NCBI RefSeq assembly: GCF_009914755.1
Contig: NC_060930.1
Strand: one strand, 5' to 3'
Length of the DNA stretch: 64,000 bases
DNA from: the human T2T-CHM13v2.0 reference genome, Homo sapiens
Positions 39,805-53,984 of the stretch are shown one piece after another; the stretch's first letter is position 1, and every line of letters starts with the position of its first letter. Made by a program: the position numbers and the translations under genes. The notes under the pieces were generated by a model. It was not told the DNA's origin and searched no databases. It saw only the letters and a list, made by a program, of their open reading frames with translations.

Positions 39805-41020
39805 AAATCTGATAATCGATGTTGAGCACTTTTTCATATGCCTGTTTCCCATTTATATGTCTTCTTTTGAGGAATGTCTATCCAAATTGTCTGCCTATTT
39901 TTTTTTGTTTAGATTATTAGGTCTTTTCCTATAAGTTGTTTGAGCTACTTCTATATTCTGGTTATTAATCCCTTGTCAGATGGGTAGTTTGCAAATATTT
40001 TCTCCCATTCTGTGGATTGTCTCTTCACTTTGTTAATGGTTTTCTTTGCTGTGTAGAAGCTTTTTAACTTGAAATGATCACATGTGATCATCAAGGAAGT
40101 GCAAATAAAAGCTACAATGACATGTTATCTCACCCTAGTTAAAATGGCTTTTATCCAAAAGACAGGCAATAACAAATGCTGGTGAGCATGTGGGCAAAAG
40201 GGAACTCTGGTACACTGTTAGTGGAAATGTAAATTAGTACAACTATTGACAACCATTTGGAAATTCCTCAAAAAAACAAAACTAGAGTTACCACATGATC
40301 CAGTAATTCCACTGCTGGGTATACACCTAAAATAAAGGAAATTAGTATATCAAAGAGAGACCTGCACTCTCATACTTGTTTCAGCACTGCTCACAATAAA
40401 TAAGATTTGGAAGCAACCCAAGTGTCCATCAACAGATGAATGGATAAAGAAAATGCAGTACATATACACAATGTAGCATTTTTCAGCCTTAAAAACAAAT
40501 GAGATCCTTTCATTTGCAACAACATGGAAGGAATTGGAAATCATTATGTTAAGTGAAATAAGCCAGGCACAGAAAGACAAGCATCACATGTTCTCATTAA
40601 TTTGTGGAATCTAAAAATCAAAACAATTTAAACTCATGGACATACAGAGTAGGGCTGGGAAGGGTATTGAGCGGTTGGTGGGGAGGTAGGGATGCTTAAT
40701 GGGTAAAAAAAAAAAAATAGAAACAATGACTAAGATCTACTATTTGATAGTACAAATAGGGTGACTATAGTAAATAATAACTTAATTGTACATTTTTTAA
40801 ATAACTAAAAGAATGTAATTGGATTGTAACAAAAAGAATAAATCATTGAGGGGATGCATATCCCATTCTCCATGATGTAATACTTATACACTGTACGCCT
40901 GTATCAAAACACCTCAAGTACCCCATAAATATATATACCTGCTATGTACCCACTAAAAGTTAAAATTAAAAAATAAACAAATATAAATTTTAAAATAAAT
41001 AAATAATAAAAAAAATCTGA
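39805..41020 (+). mobile_element. L1MA (approx. L1MA2/3) 5'-inverted insertion within older L1ME fragments
   Basis: Antisense ORF2 at 39808-40085, sense 40085-40975 with A-rich tail. TSD AAATCTGA at 39805-39812 and 41013-41020. Confidence 0.88.
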
Positions 41021-42621
41021 GGCATACAATAAAATATTTATCATTGGTTATGGGAAAATTGGGAAATTTGGGGCAAAGAACATAGCTATAACTGCAATTT
41101 GTACCATGTACTCTAATAATAAATCCACCTTGACTAAATTGCTGATTGAAACAAGTCAAAACTATTTTAAACAAAATGAACAAAAATTTAATTAGTTTGG
41201 AATTAGGAAAGATTTGCTCAGAATAAAATCAATGGAAGATATTATCAAGTAAATGAAGGATGGATTTAACTATATTTAATCAAAAATAGATAATCCCAAA
41301 GAACTGGGGGGATATACATTTATTGCAGATATGACAAGAAAAGTTTTTATTCTCAATAAGTAAACAAATATTTTATGAATAAAGAATGCAGGCAACACTA
41401 CAACTGAAAATTTAGTGGGAGAAAAAAGCATAAATATTCCTACAGAAAAATTTAAATGGGAGATTGATATATAACAACCTCTCAATATTCACAGTAATCA
41501 AAATAGTGAATATTTTTTAAAAGATACCATATGTCAACAAAGCTGCTAAAACATGAAAACTAGTAAACACTATTACTATCTAGCTGATGGAGATTATAGT
41601 GATTATGAAGCGGTAATAATCTCTGATGATAGAGGGGCTTCCTTAACGAACCCAAATACCACAAACTTGAAACAAGTCTATCAACATTATGAAACAGCAT
41701 TTGGTCATGGTGTCAATATTTTATCAGACAAACTCATGTAAGACCTCAGCTAAGAAGCAGTCACCTGTAAATGGTTACACTGTGGAATTCATTATCAAGA
41801 ACTGTGATGGTGGAACTTTGGCATGCTGTCCCTATACTCACTGGGGCCTGCTAATGTACCTGTAATGTGCTCAGCTGCAGCTGTGGCGGCTTCCTTGCTG
41901 CAGCAACCCCTATGGTATAACTGGGGGATTGATCCTCTTCTCATGTTCTCTGAGATTAATCTTGGTTATTACTTTTTATTTGAAATGACCTTGAGAGAAT
42001 TGTTTGTTATAACTAAGTATACTGATTATTTCAGAAGTTGGTGCTAGTTTAGTTGCATACAACTGTTTCTTAAATAAATAAATCTAAATCTGGGATTATT
42101 TTTCTTGCTTCATTGGATCTGAGGTAGTAAGATTATAACTTCTAATACAAATTGAGACTCCATGCTATAACATGCTCTGGCTAGATAGATTTCTCATTTA
42201 TTATCACCTGTGGTCACTTGGCACTAAGTGACATTCATGGCAAGAGTTTGAAAGACTCAATGTGTAATTATATAAAACCATATAATGAGCATGAGGACTA
42301 TGAAATGGATTAATGGCTTCCTAACAGCACTGGAGAAGTATAGAAAAAGGATGGCAAACTCAAATTTTTTAATTCAAAGCAGAGTCAGAAAATCAGGGAT
42401 TTTTGGTGACTGTGCTAAATGAATTTTTTATCACTTGCAACCATAGGAATAAGAATGCAAAAAAAGAAGCTGGCATACAACTCTATGGTTGTCAATTTAT
42501 AACATCAGTTGAATTACAACTTTGCCAAATCTCTTATGTAAATGTTAAAAATGACATACTGGGAATGATATATTATCCAAGAAATGAAATCAGAATTTGT
42601 GGAAAGATACACACAGTTTAA

Positions 42622-43153
42622 AGTAATGGTTTACAACTGCAAGTACTGCCAGACCCAGAGGGCTCCTATAGTATGTGGAGATTCTTCTAATTAGGCATGC
42701 TACTGGCCTTTAGCACTTGGATACTAGGGTTTTTTTGTTTTTGTTTTTGTTTTTTTGAGACAGAGTCTCGCTCTGTCGCCCAGGCTGGAGTGCTGTGGCG
42801 CATCTCGGCACTGCAAGCTCCGCCTCCAGGTTCATGCCATTCTCCTGCCTCAGCCTCCCCAGTAGCTGGGACTACAGGATCCTGCCACCACGCCCGGCTA
42901 ATTTTTTTCTATTTTTAGTAGAGATGAGGTTTCACCGTGTTAGCCAGGATGGTCTCGATCTCCTGACCTCGTGATCCGCCCGCCTCGGCCTCCCAAAGTG
43001 CTGGGATTACAGGCGTAAGCCACCGCGCCCAGCTGGTACTAGGGATTTTAAATGCCCTAAAATATGGGGGGGGGGGGGCGGGGGGAGGGGAATCTTGCCC
43101 AAAAAAGAATCGCTCCGTCTAAAATGCCTGTAGCACTCCTATTGAAATCACTA
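42622..43153 (+). mobile_element. hAT-Charlie (MER20-related) MITE interrupted by AluY
   Basis: GCTACTGGCCTTTAG...AAAGAATCGCTCCGTCTAAAATGCCTGTAGCACTCCTATTGAAATCACTAG; subfamily uncertain. Confidence 0.5.
42730..43033 (-). mobile_element. AluY, full length
   Basis: CCGTGTTAGCCAGGATGGTCTCGATCTCCTGACCTCGTGATCCGCCCGCC; many CpGs retained; TSD TACTAGGG on both sides. Confidence 0.95.
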
Positions 43154-43399
43154 GCTTTGAGTAATAATAACTCCCCAGTTTGACTGAGCTTCCCTTTACT
43201 GCAGAACCATCCTCTGGACTCCTGGTAGATGTGGCTGTTTCGGTCTTGCTTGAAGACACTTTGATAACCTTATCCAAACAGTTAGTTTGAAAAGTGAAAC
43301 CATTAGAATTAAGTCTAGCTTCATTATCAGAAAACATCTTAAATTACTTAATCAAATTAGAATTGTTTTTCCCCTTACCTAAAAGTAGTCTAAAAACAG

Positions 43400-43785
43400 A
43401 TAGTCAAGAACTTGGAATGGATTTTTCATGGTCACTAGCATCCCAGGATCCAATTATCTTTCTATTTCTCATCTTTAGTGTACTGTCACATTGTCCAAGA
43501 TGACACTTTAAGCTCCAGTCCTAGTTCTAATAAAAGACTGCATGAGAGGAAGAGGGATAAAGAAGGATGAACTCCCCCACCTTTGAGGAAGCTTCTCAGA
43601 AAGACCATATAATGTCTATATTGCTCTCATAGACAAGACTTGGTCATACAGAAAGTCTAGGTGCAAAGGTTGGTGAAATGAAATATTTGCCTTAGGACAT
43701 ATGGCTGTCCATCTAAAAAGTGGGGTCTGAGATCAATGTAGAAAAGTAAAAATGTTGTGATATACAATTAATAGCTTCTGCCACA
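43400..43785. mobile_element. MLT1-type MaLR LTR fragment
   Basis: CAAGACTTGGTCATAC...GGTGCAAAGGTTGGTGAAATG...CTTCTGCCACA terminus. Confidence 0.55.
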
Positions 43786-43881
43786 CAAAATCAATCCAAT
43801 TTCTCCTTGCCCTCTCATAAGCCATCCTTGCTTCTAGACTCTGGGATGAAAAGATTTATGCACTAAGATTCAATATGTTAC

Positions 43882-44268
43882 TAAAATGGTTTGACTGTGT
43901 TTCCACCCAAAATCTCATCTTGAATTGCAATCCCCATAATCTCCATAATCCCCATGTTTCAAGGGTGGGACCAGGTGGAGGAAATTGGGTCATGGGGGCA
44001 GTTTCCCTCATGCTGTTCTCATGGTAGTAACTGAGTTCTCACAAGATCTGCTGGTTTTATAAGTGTCTGTAATTTCCCCTGCTTGTACTCACTCCATTCC
44101 TCCACACTGTGAAGAAGGTACCTGCTTCCCCTTTGCCTTCCACCATGATTGTAAGTTTCCTGAGCCCTCTTCAACAATTCAGAACTGTGAGTCAATTAAA
44201 CTTCTTTCCTTTATAAGTTAACCAGTCTCTAGTATTTCTTCGTAGCAGTGTGAGAACTGACTAATACA
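43882..44268 (+). mobile_element. THE1D-like solo LTR
   Basis: ATGGTTTGACTGTG...TGTGAGAACTGACTAATACA; TSD GTTAC/GTTGC at 43877-43881 and 44269-44273. Confidence 0.9.
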
Positions 44269-44803
44269 GTTGCTAATTGATATCATTTAATATTTGGAAA
44301 CTATGTGGTGCGAATGGATTTTAAGAGTCACCACTCTTAAATAAAGAAGGAGACTAAAGAAGGAAAAACACTTACATCTGATTGAATTTACTGATAGAGA
44401 CATTTATAAAAAATTTCAAATTCAGTGTACTAGCTGAGGTAGGTGAAAGTAGCTTTAATTTTCTCCACTGTTTTACTGAAAAATGTACTTCCTAGTAGTT
44501 CACTTCCTAGTGAACTAAAGTTTGAGATGCTAGAAATTTAAAGAGTTAAAGTAATCCAATGGTATATGGAGAAATAAAGGTTCTGTAAATTTATTATGTA
44601 AAACTTACTATGATTTTACAACTAAGAATATTGATTCATATTGAAATTGGTCCCAGTAGTAAGACAGAAGGTGATCTTTCCACCATAATACTGAGAAATA
44701 CACTGGAGATGGAAGGGCTTAAATCTTTGAAAAATGTTACAGTGGATAATTTTTGTAAGATAAGTATACCGGTAGAAGATTCTGATATTAATGGGCTTCT
44801 TAA

Positions 44804-45106
<303 letters not shown>

Positions 45107-47279
45107 AGCCTTCTTAATTTTAAAGAATATGAAGGAATTATTGGCTGGCAGAGGCCAAATTGTGCTACTTAATTCATAGGCAGAAGTAACCACGACTCCT
45201 GTAATACTCAGTAGGGGTGGTGTGGCAATCAAAATAATACTACCTATAGAGATGACTGAAATCATTATTTGCCATGAAATCGACATTTTCAAATACATGC
45301 AACGCCAATTAAGGTCTATGCACTTGCCATAAGTAAATACATTCTCAGTCTGATGACAGAGATGTAACATTAATACCGTTACAATAGTCACAGCCCCTTG
45401 ACTAATCCCAGATTTGAGTCAGTTCAGGACTGAGAGTTCCTTGGATACATGAAGGATAAGATAAACCTAAAGAAAGACTTGCAGTAACAATCTGTATAGT
45501 ACATTTTTCTCCTAGCACTTTTCAATATAACTTTCATCTTACAGTGGCATAACTGTGGACTGGGTAAAAGGAAAAAAAAAAACACCATTCCAAATTGATT
45601 GGGTTGTATGGTCACTGCTCAGAGTAGGGACTGATATAACTTGTGTGGTCTATCTATTCAGTTATGTATGTGAATCATATTATGAGAAAAATCTACCAAA
45701 CTGGTGAAATGACATGTCAGAGGCTACCCTTTCCCATGAGTTTCATGTAATGAGCAGTTTAGAAGGAGGTTGATCAGGGATCTGTACTTCTGTGCACTGC
45801 ATCTGCATTTAGGCAGGAAAAAGAAAGTGAGGCAAAAGACAAAGTCAAATATTTTCTTCACATGACTTTGCCAGCTTTATTCTGGAATTACAGTCCTCTT
45901 CAGGTGCTTCTGAAATCCCCTTAGCCAGAACTGTCACATAATCGTAGCTGGAGAAAGGACAGGCATGCAAGTACTGTTTTGGCATTGGCAGAAAAGAGCA
46001 ATACTGAAGCAGGAACAAATCATGCTTCAGGTGGAAAATAGAGCTTAAACAAATTTCATCTCATTTGGGGCCCAATGGGATCCCAAGCCCAACTTGTGTT
46101 AAAATCTTGCTTTTTTCAAGAATGTAGATAAAAAGATAAACTTCTGAACCAGCATTCACTAATGGAGTTAAGAATATTTTGATAAAGCTAAGAAAAGCCT
46201 CTTGAGCACCCCGTATCAAAATAATAAACAAAAATACTATACATCTCTGTGGGAGTCACCACTAAAGACTGGAAAAAATAGGCATGATGATTGCTAACAT
46301 ATCACCATTTAACTTGACTGGCATGTGCAGACAGAGGACTCTTGGAAATTTTATGTAATCAACATAAACTTAATCAGGTAGTGATTCCAATCACAGCTGC
46401 TATCCCAGAAGGGGACTATTTCCTAGGAAATCACCACAGTTCTGGATACCTGATATGTATTTATTGATCTGACTCTTTTTTTTCCACTTCCATCTGAGTT
46501 AGAAAATCCTAGAAGCTATTTATTTTCACCTGACAGGTACAGCTGCACACACCCAGCATACTACAGCAGGTTTTTACTAGCTCTTCATAACTGGACCACA
46601 ATTTAGTCCACAGGATGCTTGATCATCCCACAGTCTCCAAGGCATCATTCTGATCTTCTTTGGTCATTACATCATGCTCAGAAAATGTAGCGAAACAGAA
46701 AATGAAACTACAGATGCCTTTGTAAGACAGGTGTCAGAAAGTAGGTGATACATGGCACTAGCCAACTTAAGTAAAGCTAATGGCCAAGGAGTCCAAGGCA
46801 TGTTTCCCATTTTTCTTAGCCTGTGTCATTTCATAAAGCAGAGTCTGATGCATGCAGGTAGTTTATTTAGGAAGTGATCCAAGGAAACAGAAGTGAAGGA
46901 CTTGGAAAAGTAAAACAAGAAAGGAAAGAGAACCATTTTATTGAGTCAGTCAATTCACCTTAGACCTTCTAAGTTGTAGAGAATGTGCCTCTGAACTCTT
47001 TCCCTAAGGAATAGAAAGAGAACAATTTATTCACCAGCTCCATTTCCCTTTGGTCAACGTATGTAGTTGTGAAGTCATGAAATTGTGAAGTCATGAAATC
47101 TGAGTATGTTTCCACTGGGTTCCATGCCATATGGTGAGAGTTGCCACAGGACAGGAAGTAAGAAATATATGGTACTGTCCTGCTTTCTGTGGAGCTCTGA
47201 AATATACCTCAAAATTATCTGCTTGGGCATATATTGAGCATTGTCCAGCCCCAATTATTTACAGACTGCCCATAAGGCG

Positions 47280-47728
47280 TGCTATAGTTTCAGTGTTTTT
47301 CCCCTTCAAATCTTATGTTGAAACTTGATTCCCAATGTCAGAGATGAGGCCTACTGGGAGGTGTGTCTATCATAAGGGTGGATCCCTCACGAAAAGACTA
47401 ATACCTCCCTTTGGGTTTGAGTTCTCACTATATTAGTTCCCTCAAAAGCTGGCTGTAAAGAAAGCCTGGAATCTTCCTCCTCTCTTTTGCTTCCTCTCTT
47501 CTCATGTGATCTTCACACATCAGTAGGCCTCTCACCTTGTACCATGCATGGAAGCAACTTGAGGCCCTCACTTAAAGCAGATGCTGGTGCCATGCTCATT
47601 GTACATCCTGAAGAATCATGTGCCGAATAAACACCTTGTCCTTACTTGTCCTTATGATGTCCCAGCCTCATGAATTCCTTTATAGCAAAACAAAATAGAC
47701 CGACAGAAAATTGGTACTAGGAGTGGGG
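47280..47728 (+). mobile_element. MSTB-like LTR plus the first ~23 bp of internal sequence
   Basis: TGCTATAGTTT...AATAAA...CAAAATAGACCGACA followed by GAAAATTGGTACTAGGAGTGGGG. Confidence 0.85.
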
Positions 47729-48034
47729 TTTCACACTGCCAGTGGCTCTATAATTATGGGGTCTAGAGTACACTGGCCCTGCTCTCACAGCTCCACTAGG
47801 TACTTCCCTAGCAGAGGCTCTCTGGAGTGGCTCTGCCATGTGAAGCTTTTCAATGCATCTTTTAAAATCTAGACTGAAGATGCCAATCATCCACCACTCT
47901 TGCATTCTGGGTGCTTGCAAATGTAACACCACATGGATGCCACTAAATCTTATGGCTTGTACCCTCTGGAGTGGCAGCCTGATCAGTACCTGGAGTCATC
48001 TGCAGATAGAGCCAATGTGACCAGGATGCAGGTA

Positions 48035-48112
48035 GCAGCATCCTGAGGTGGTGCAGAGGGCAACAGAGCTACAGGCAGCATCCTGAGGTGGTGCAGGGCA
48101 ACAGAGCTACAG
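48035..48112. repeat. Tandem duplication, 40+38 bp
   Basis: GCAGCATCCTGAGGTGGTGCAG(AG)GGCAACAGAGCTACAG twice. Confidence 0.92.
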
Positions 48113-48556
48113 GCCTCTTTCTTGAAACACTTCTATTCTCCTAGACCTCTGGGTCTTTGATGGGAAGCACATCCTCAAAGATTTCTGAAATGCCTTTGGG
48201 GTCTTTTGCTCATTGCCTTGACTGGTAGCACCTGGCTCCATTTTATCTGTGCTATCTAGCAAGTGGTTGCTTTATAGCACCCTTGGATTCCTTTCCTGAA
48301 AACTTTCTTTTCTTCTCTACCACACGACCATATTGTAAACTTTTTTTTTTTTAATTTATACACTCTACCTCTCTTTTAATTATAAGTTCCACCTTTAGGT
48401 CATTGCTTTGCTGCCCTTTCTTATCATAAGCTGTTATAAGTAATCTCACCACTTCTTAAACGTTTTAGTGCTTAAAAATTTCTTCCAGATACCCTGGATC
48501 ATCACTCTTAAGTTCAGCTTTCCACAAAACCCTAAGGCATGAACACAATGCAGTGA

Positions 48557-48892
<336 letters not shown>

Positions 48893-51454
48893 AAGGTTTA
48901 CCTTTTCTACAGTTCCCCAAAAGTTTCTCATTTCCATCTGAGACCTCATCAGCATGACCTTTACTACGTTTCTATAAGCATTTTGTCACAACCACTCAAC
49001 CAGTTTCTAAGATGCTCCAAACTTTGCTCATCTTTTAGTCCTCTTTTGAACACACCAAACTCTTCCAACCTCTGCCCATTACCCAGTTCTAAAGCTGCTT
49101 ATACATTTGCAGGTATCTTTATAGCAACACCTCACTTCTTAGTACCAATATTTTGTTTCTATATGAGACGTTTTATTTAAAATTTTATATAAAGCTTCCA
49201 GAAAGCATTTACCTTGCAAATTCTAACTCAAAGTAGAAGATACAGTATTTGGTGAAACTCTTTCCATTTTCAAGATAACAAATGGCACATTTGGATATGT
49301 TGTTACAACCCATTTGTTGAATGACCCAAAGGCTGCCAGCTTTGAATGGGTCTTGAACAAAAGACGGCTCTCTGCTATGACTGATATGACTAGACCACAG
49401 ATGCAATGTTCTTGAAATATCTATGCCAGATTGTGATGCTGAATAATGACTCTCGCATTTTGGTAAAAAATTTACAGCAGATGTCCCTAAAGTTTGAAAG
49501 TAAATATTCTTTTGATAGGCAGCTTTTGCCTTGCTTCTAAGCTCCAATAAAAATGGAATGCTTAACTTCTAGGAGAGAATCATGAACCTGAACTACCTTT
49601 ATTAACTGGGTATTATCTTATCAAGCCTCACAACTGTGATGTCCTCAGCAGCATACAAAGTGAATGTAGTGTATATGAGAGTGAGTATAGGTAGGTGCTA
49701 AATGCACAAGGGAGTTTCATAAGCAGGTTTCTCCTGTGAATGTTGTGCCTAAACTTCCACTGCCAACCCAGTCTTGACCCCTACTTTGGGTTTGATGGGG
49801 TTCCCTATGATCAGATAATTGAGAAGAAAACATTTTAGCCAGTTATTCAGGTTTCTTGGCAGGACACAGTGGCACTTGATAGAAGTAGATTTATGTGGCG
49901 GTCCCGCTTATGTGACCATGAAGGGCACACTGATGTCAGAAAATATTAATGGTAACCAGAAATTCCAATAGTCATTGTTGTGATTCATTGATTCCTGGGA
50001 AATAGTCTGGTAGATAACCAAGAACTTGGAAGGAATAAGACTGGATGATTGAAGACAAGGTGGTTTGAGAACAAGATATGTAGTAGACTGGGTCTTAAAT
50101 GTAGGAATATTTTTATACTATGTGAATGTTTTCTAAAAATGTTTCTACTGCAAATGAGGCTTTCGATAATCAAATGGATATAATGATCTGCTCTGTGGAT
50201 ATTAATCCACCTCATTGTACAGCCAACTCAGCGAGTGTTCATTAAGCTTATTAGCAAGCGGTCCATGTTGAAAAGAACAGATGTTATGCATGGGCTCAAT
50301 AGATTTTCCCTCTCCAAGACTGACCTGGCAACTAGTACAGTTGAATGTTCAATTTGCCAATAGCTGTGTCTGACCTGATCCTTTAATAAGTAACAAACCC
50401 TAGGGGATCAGTCAGCCAGCTAGTGGAAGGTTAATTATACTAGACTTTTTTTTTTCATAAATGAGATAGCAATTTGTCCTCGCTGGAATAGATACTTCAT
50501 ACAAATTTTGATTTTTTTTTCTCAGTTTGCTAATCTTCTGATAGTAATACCATCTGCAGGCTTTATTCAATTCCATATGAAGCATCATGATATCACACTC
50601 AAAATTTTTATGACCTAGGAATTTATTTTTCAGCGAAATAAGTAACTAATCTTCTACCTTTAATATGCTTTTTATGCTCATTTTATTGCTTTCAATGCTC
50701 AAATTTTATTTTCTTTCTGCAAAGCATCTTTGCTATCTATTCAAGAGATATTTTCTGGAATCAAATATGCTATTTAGCCAAATAAATATAGAAATATGAT
50801 AAAGGCAACAAGCATGTTAAAACATGCATTAAGTTTCCTTGGCTCATTGAACATTTGTCCTTATAAAGGTAATGAAATGTACAGTGAAAAGCTTGTAGAA
50901 AGTCTCAGAAAAATTTTAGCTATCTTCAAATACCAGGGTATGGCAAATTCCCCACTGGGATTCTGATGCATAGGCATGAGTCTTCCCAGAGGTCACAAGA
51001 ATATTTTGAACATCATTTCCTTAAGATGTTTGCTATGGTAATAAAATGAATAGAACTACTGAGAGATCCAGAAGCTATTAAAAATATGATTTTTTATGCA
51101 GATGGTATATCATAGACTATTAATATCAATATATAGTTTCACCATCATTTCCTAAAGAAGCACAAAACTTAGCAACAATAGTTTAGAATTCTTGTGAACA
51201 TACATGTAGCTAAATTGTAAACCACAGGATACATATGTTAACAGAAATCTTATTTTATTATCAAATAAAATGCACTAACCATAATTTTTTAAAAAGGAAA
51301 AAAACACTTTTTCTCAACTGCCCATTATTTGTAAAACTCATAAAACAAGTTATCTTCTCTTTTCTCTGTCTTGCTATGGGGAGTTGGAAAACATGATACA
51401 TTAAAACCATGAAAATTTGTGCCATATATTGCTAAAATGTATTCATTTGATTGC

Positions 51455-51887
51455 TGAAATGGTTTGGATGTCTTGTCCCCTCCAAATCTCATGTTGAAAT
51501 GTGACCTCCAATGTTGGAGGTGGGGCTTAATGGGAGGTATTTAGGTCATGAGTGTAGTAGGTCCCTCATGAATATCTTGGTGCTGTCCTCAACATAATGA
51601 GTGAGTTCTCAGTCTGAGTTCATACACAATCTGGTTGTTTAAAAGACTGGCACCTCCTTCCTCTCTCTCTTGCTCCCTCTCTCTTGCTCCTTCCCTTGCC
51701 ATGTGACATGATGGCTCCTCTTCACCTTCCACCACGACTGTAAATGCCCTGATGCCCTCATCAGAAGCAGATATCAGCACTATCCTTCATGTACAGCCTG
51801 CAGAACTGTGAGCCAAATAAACCTCTTTTCTTTATAAATTACCCAGCCTCAGGTCTTTCTTTCTAGCAGTGCAAATGGACTAATATA
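51455..51887 (+). mobile_element. MSTB-like solo LTR with 5-bp TSD
   Basis: TGAAATGGTTTGGATG...AATAAA...GGACTAATATA; TSD ATTGC at 51450-51454 and 51888-51892. Confidence 0.9.
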
Positions 51888-52811
51888 ATTGCACAGAACT
51901 ATTCTTTTTATCGAACTTCCCATAAAAAAGCTTGTAATTGCTCAATTATTCTCTTATAATGATTTCACACTTCTGTAAGTATACATACCATCCATGTGCT
52001 TTAACTGTGAACTTTCTGTACTATTTCTAAAACAACCATATGCATTTGAAGCATATGTTAATTTAAAAAGATTAGCAATATGTATATTATGCATTAAACA
52101 ACCAAATTCCATTACTGCTCTGTCACTGTTTCTTCATGAAGCCAAACACACAGTTGATTCAATATATTATACACATATAAACGTTTACCTATACAAGTGG
52201 CTGGTATTACCTAGGCCTTTTTTGGATTGTTTCATTAGTTTGGTATGTTAATAGAATAAAAACAGAACTTTTTTCACTTTATCACTTTAGGCAAAACATG
52301 CTCTCAGATTGTTACGGTTCACTGAATGAATTATTATATTTTTCTTTCCCTAGGACATCCATAGTGCAACAATGAAAGCAGATATTCTGAAAGAAGTCAC
52401 AGCTGAAGGTAGGCTGGTTAGGAATGGGAAAGGAGTAGCTGGGAGGTTGGAGGGATAACAGAGAAAGTTCCAAAGGTTGATTATAAACTACCAAGATAAC
52501 GGGCAATTATGTGTCAGATTGGGGTTTTAATATTAGCTCTGACATAATTTACCACCTTGAGGTTAGGGAAATGTTTAATCTTTGAATAATTAGAATGTAT
52601 CATTACATCAAATGTAACAAATCTCAGTCCACCAACTATAGCAAGCAAAAAGTGGCATACATTTAAGACAACAAATGCCCCAGTTTGTGGAAGAAAAACC
52701 ACTGGACCCAAATTATACATGTTTATGTTAAAGTTGATATATCGTTATATCAGTCCCTTTGACAGTAATCTAGCAATCTAAGAACTAATTGAATCTTCTG
52801 TCATTAGACTC

Positions 52812-53014
52812 CAGATCTGTTGACACTTTGGGCCATATAATTCTTTGTTGTAGGGGACCATCCTCTGCATTGTAGACAGCTTAACAGCATATTTGGCTGA
52901 CATGCACTGGATGCCAGCAGGATCCCCCTCCTTGCCCTTGTGAAAAGAAAAAGTGTCTCCAAACTTTACCAAGTATCCCCTGGGGGCAAAACTTCTCATT
53001 GTTGAAAATCACTG
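52812..53014 (-). mobile_element. MER20 hAT-Charlie MITE
   Basis: TTGACACTTTGGGCCATATAATTCTTTGTTGTAGGGG...CCCCTGGGGGCAAAA...GTTGAAAATCACTG. Confidence 0.85.
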
Positions 53015-53984
53015 CATTAGACATATTGAGACAATCTTAATCTGGTCAATTGTGTTGACACAAACTGTTAGAGGAAGAATAATTATTAACATTTGTGTCT
53101 AGTCAACTGATCTGGTCACATAAATTCTGTATGTGAATTCATTTTGTTTACCACCAAAGCACAAAGACTTTTCAGATAACTTTAAATAATATTGTACAAG
53201 TATAGGGGTTCAGAGGAGCAAGTGAATAATTAAATTTACCTAGAATGTGGAGAAATTGGGTTTGGAATATTCATGACACTAGTTCTATTTCTAATGTTTA
53301 GTGACTACCACTGAATAATTTATGTCTTATTATTAGAACACCAGGAGTTATGACACATATTTTTTGTGAAGTTTGCCAACTTTGGACTTTTCAAGCATCA
53401 AAATTCAACTCTGTATATTTATAGCTAAACTAGGAACCAGGAAATTTAGATGATTTGGCCATGTCCATAAAGTCACTTCACTGCAAAACAGGAATTGTGG
53501 TCTGATATTCTGGCAAATACTTTGATCTTATTTCCATGTACAATAATATTTCTCAAAGATTAGACAGTGGTAGGGTAATGAGAAGCCATTGATGAAGTAT
53601 AAATTGATCCCCAATTCAACACTTTTATTTCATTCTTTGGAGCAAGTGATATTCACTTCCTAATATTTCCTTTTTGTCTTAGGTCTGAAATGGTTACTTG
53701 CTTTTAATACTTAAAATTGGCATAAAGAACCACTAAATTAGGTATTCATTTTTAAAAAGTGTTGTGTACTACTAGAGTTTATTGAAAACTTCAATTTAGC
53801 AACCTACTAAACTGTCCTCATAAATATAATATTTGTTAATGTTGCAAACTCCTAATTATGCAAGTTTTTAAATTCTTACAATTTGGAGAAAGAGTACTTT
53901 GTTCTCAAGGCACCCTGTTTTTCCCCCTGAATTCAGCAAATGAAATGAACAAAATATTACAGAAAAGGAACATTAAGTGACCCT

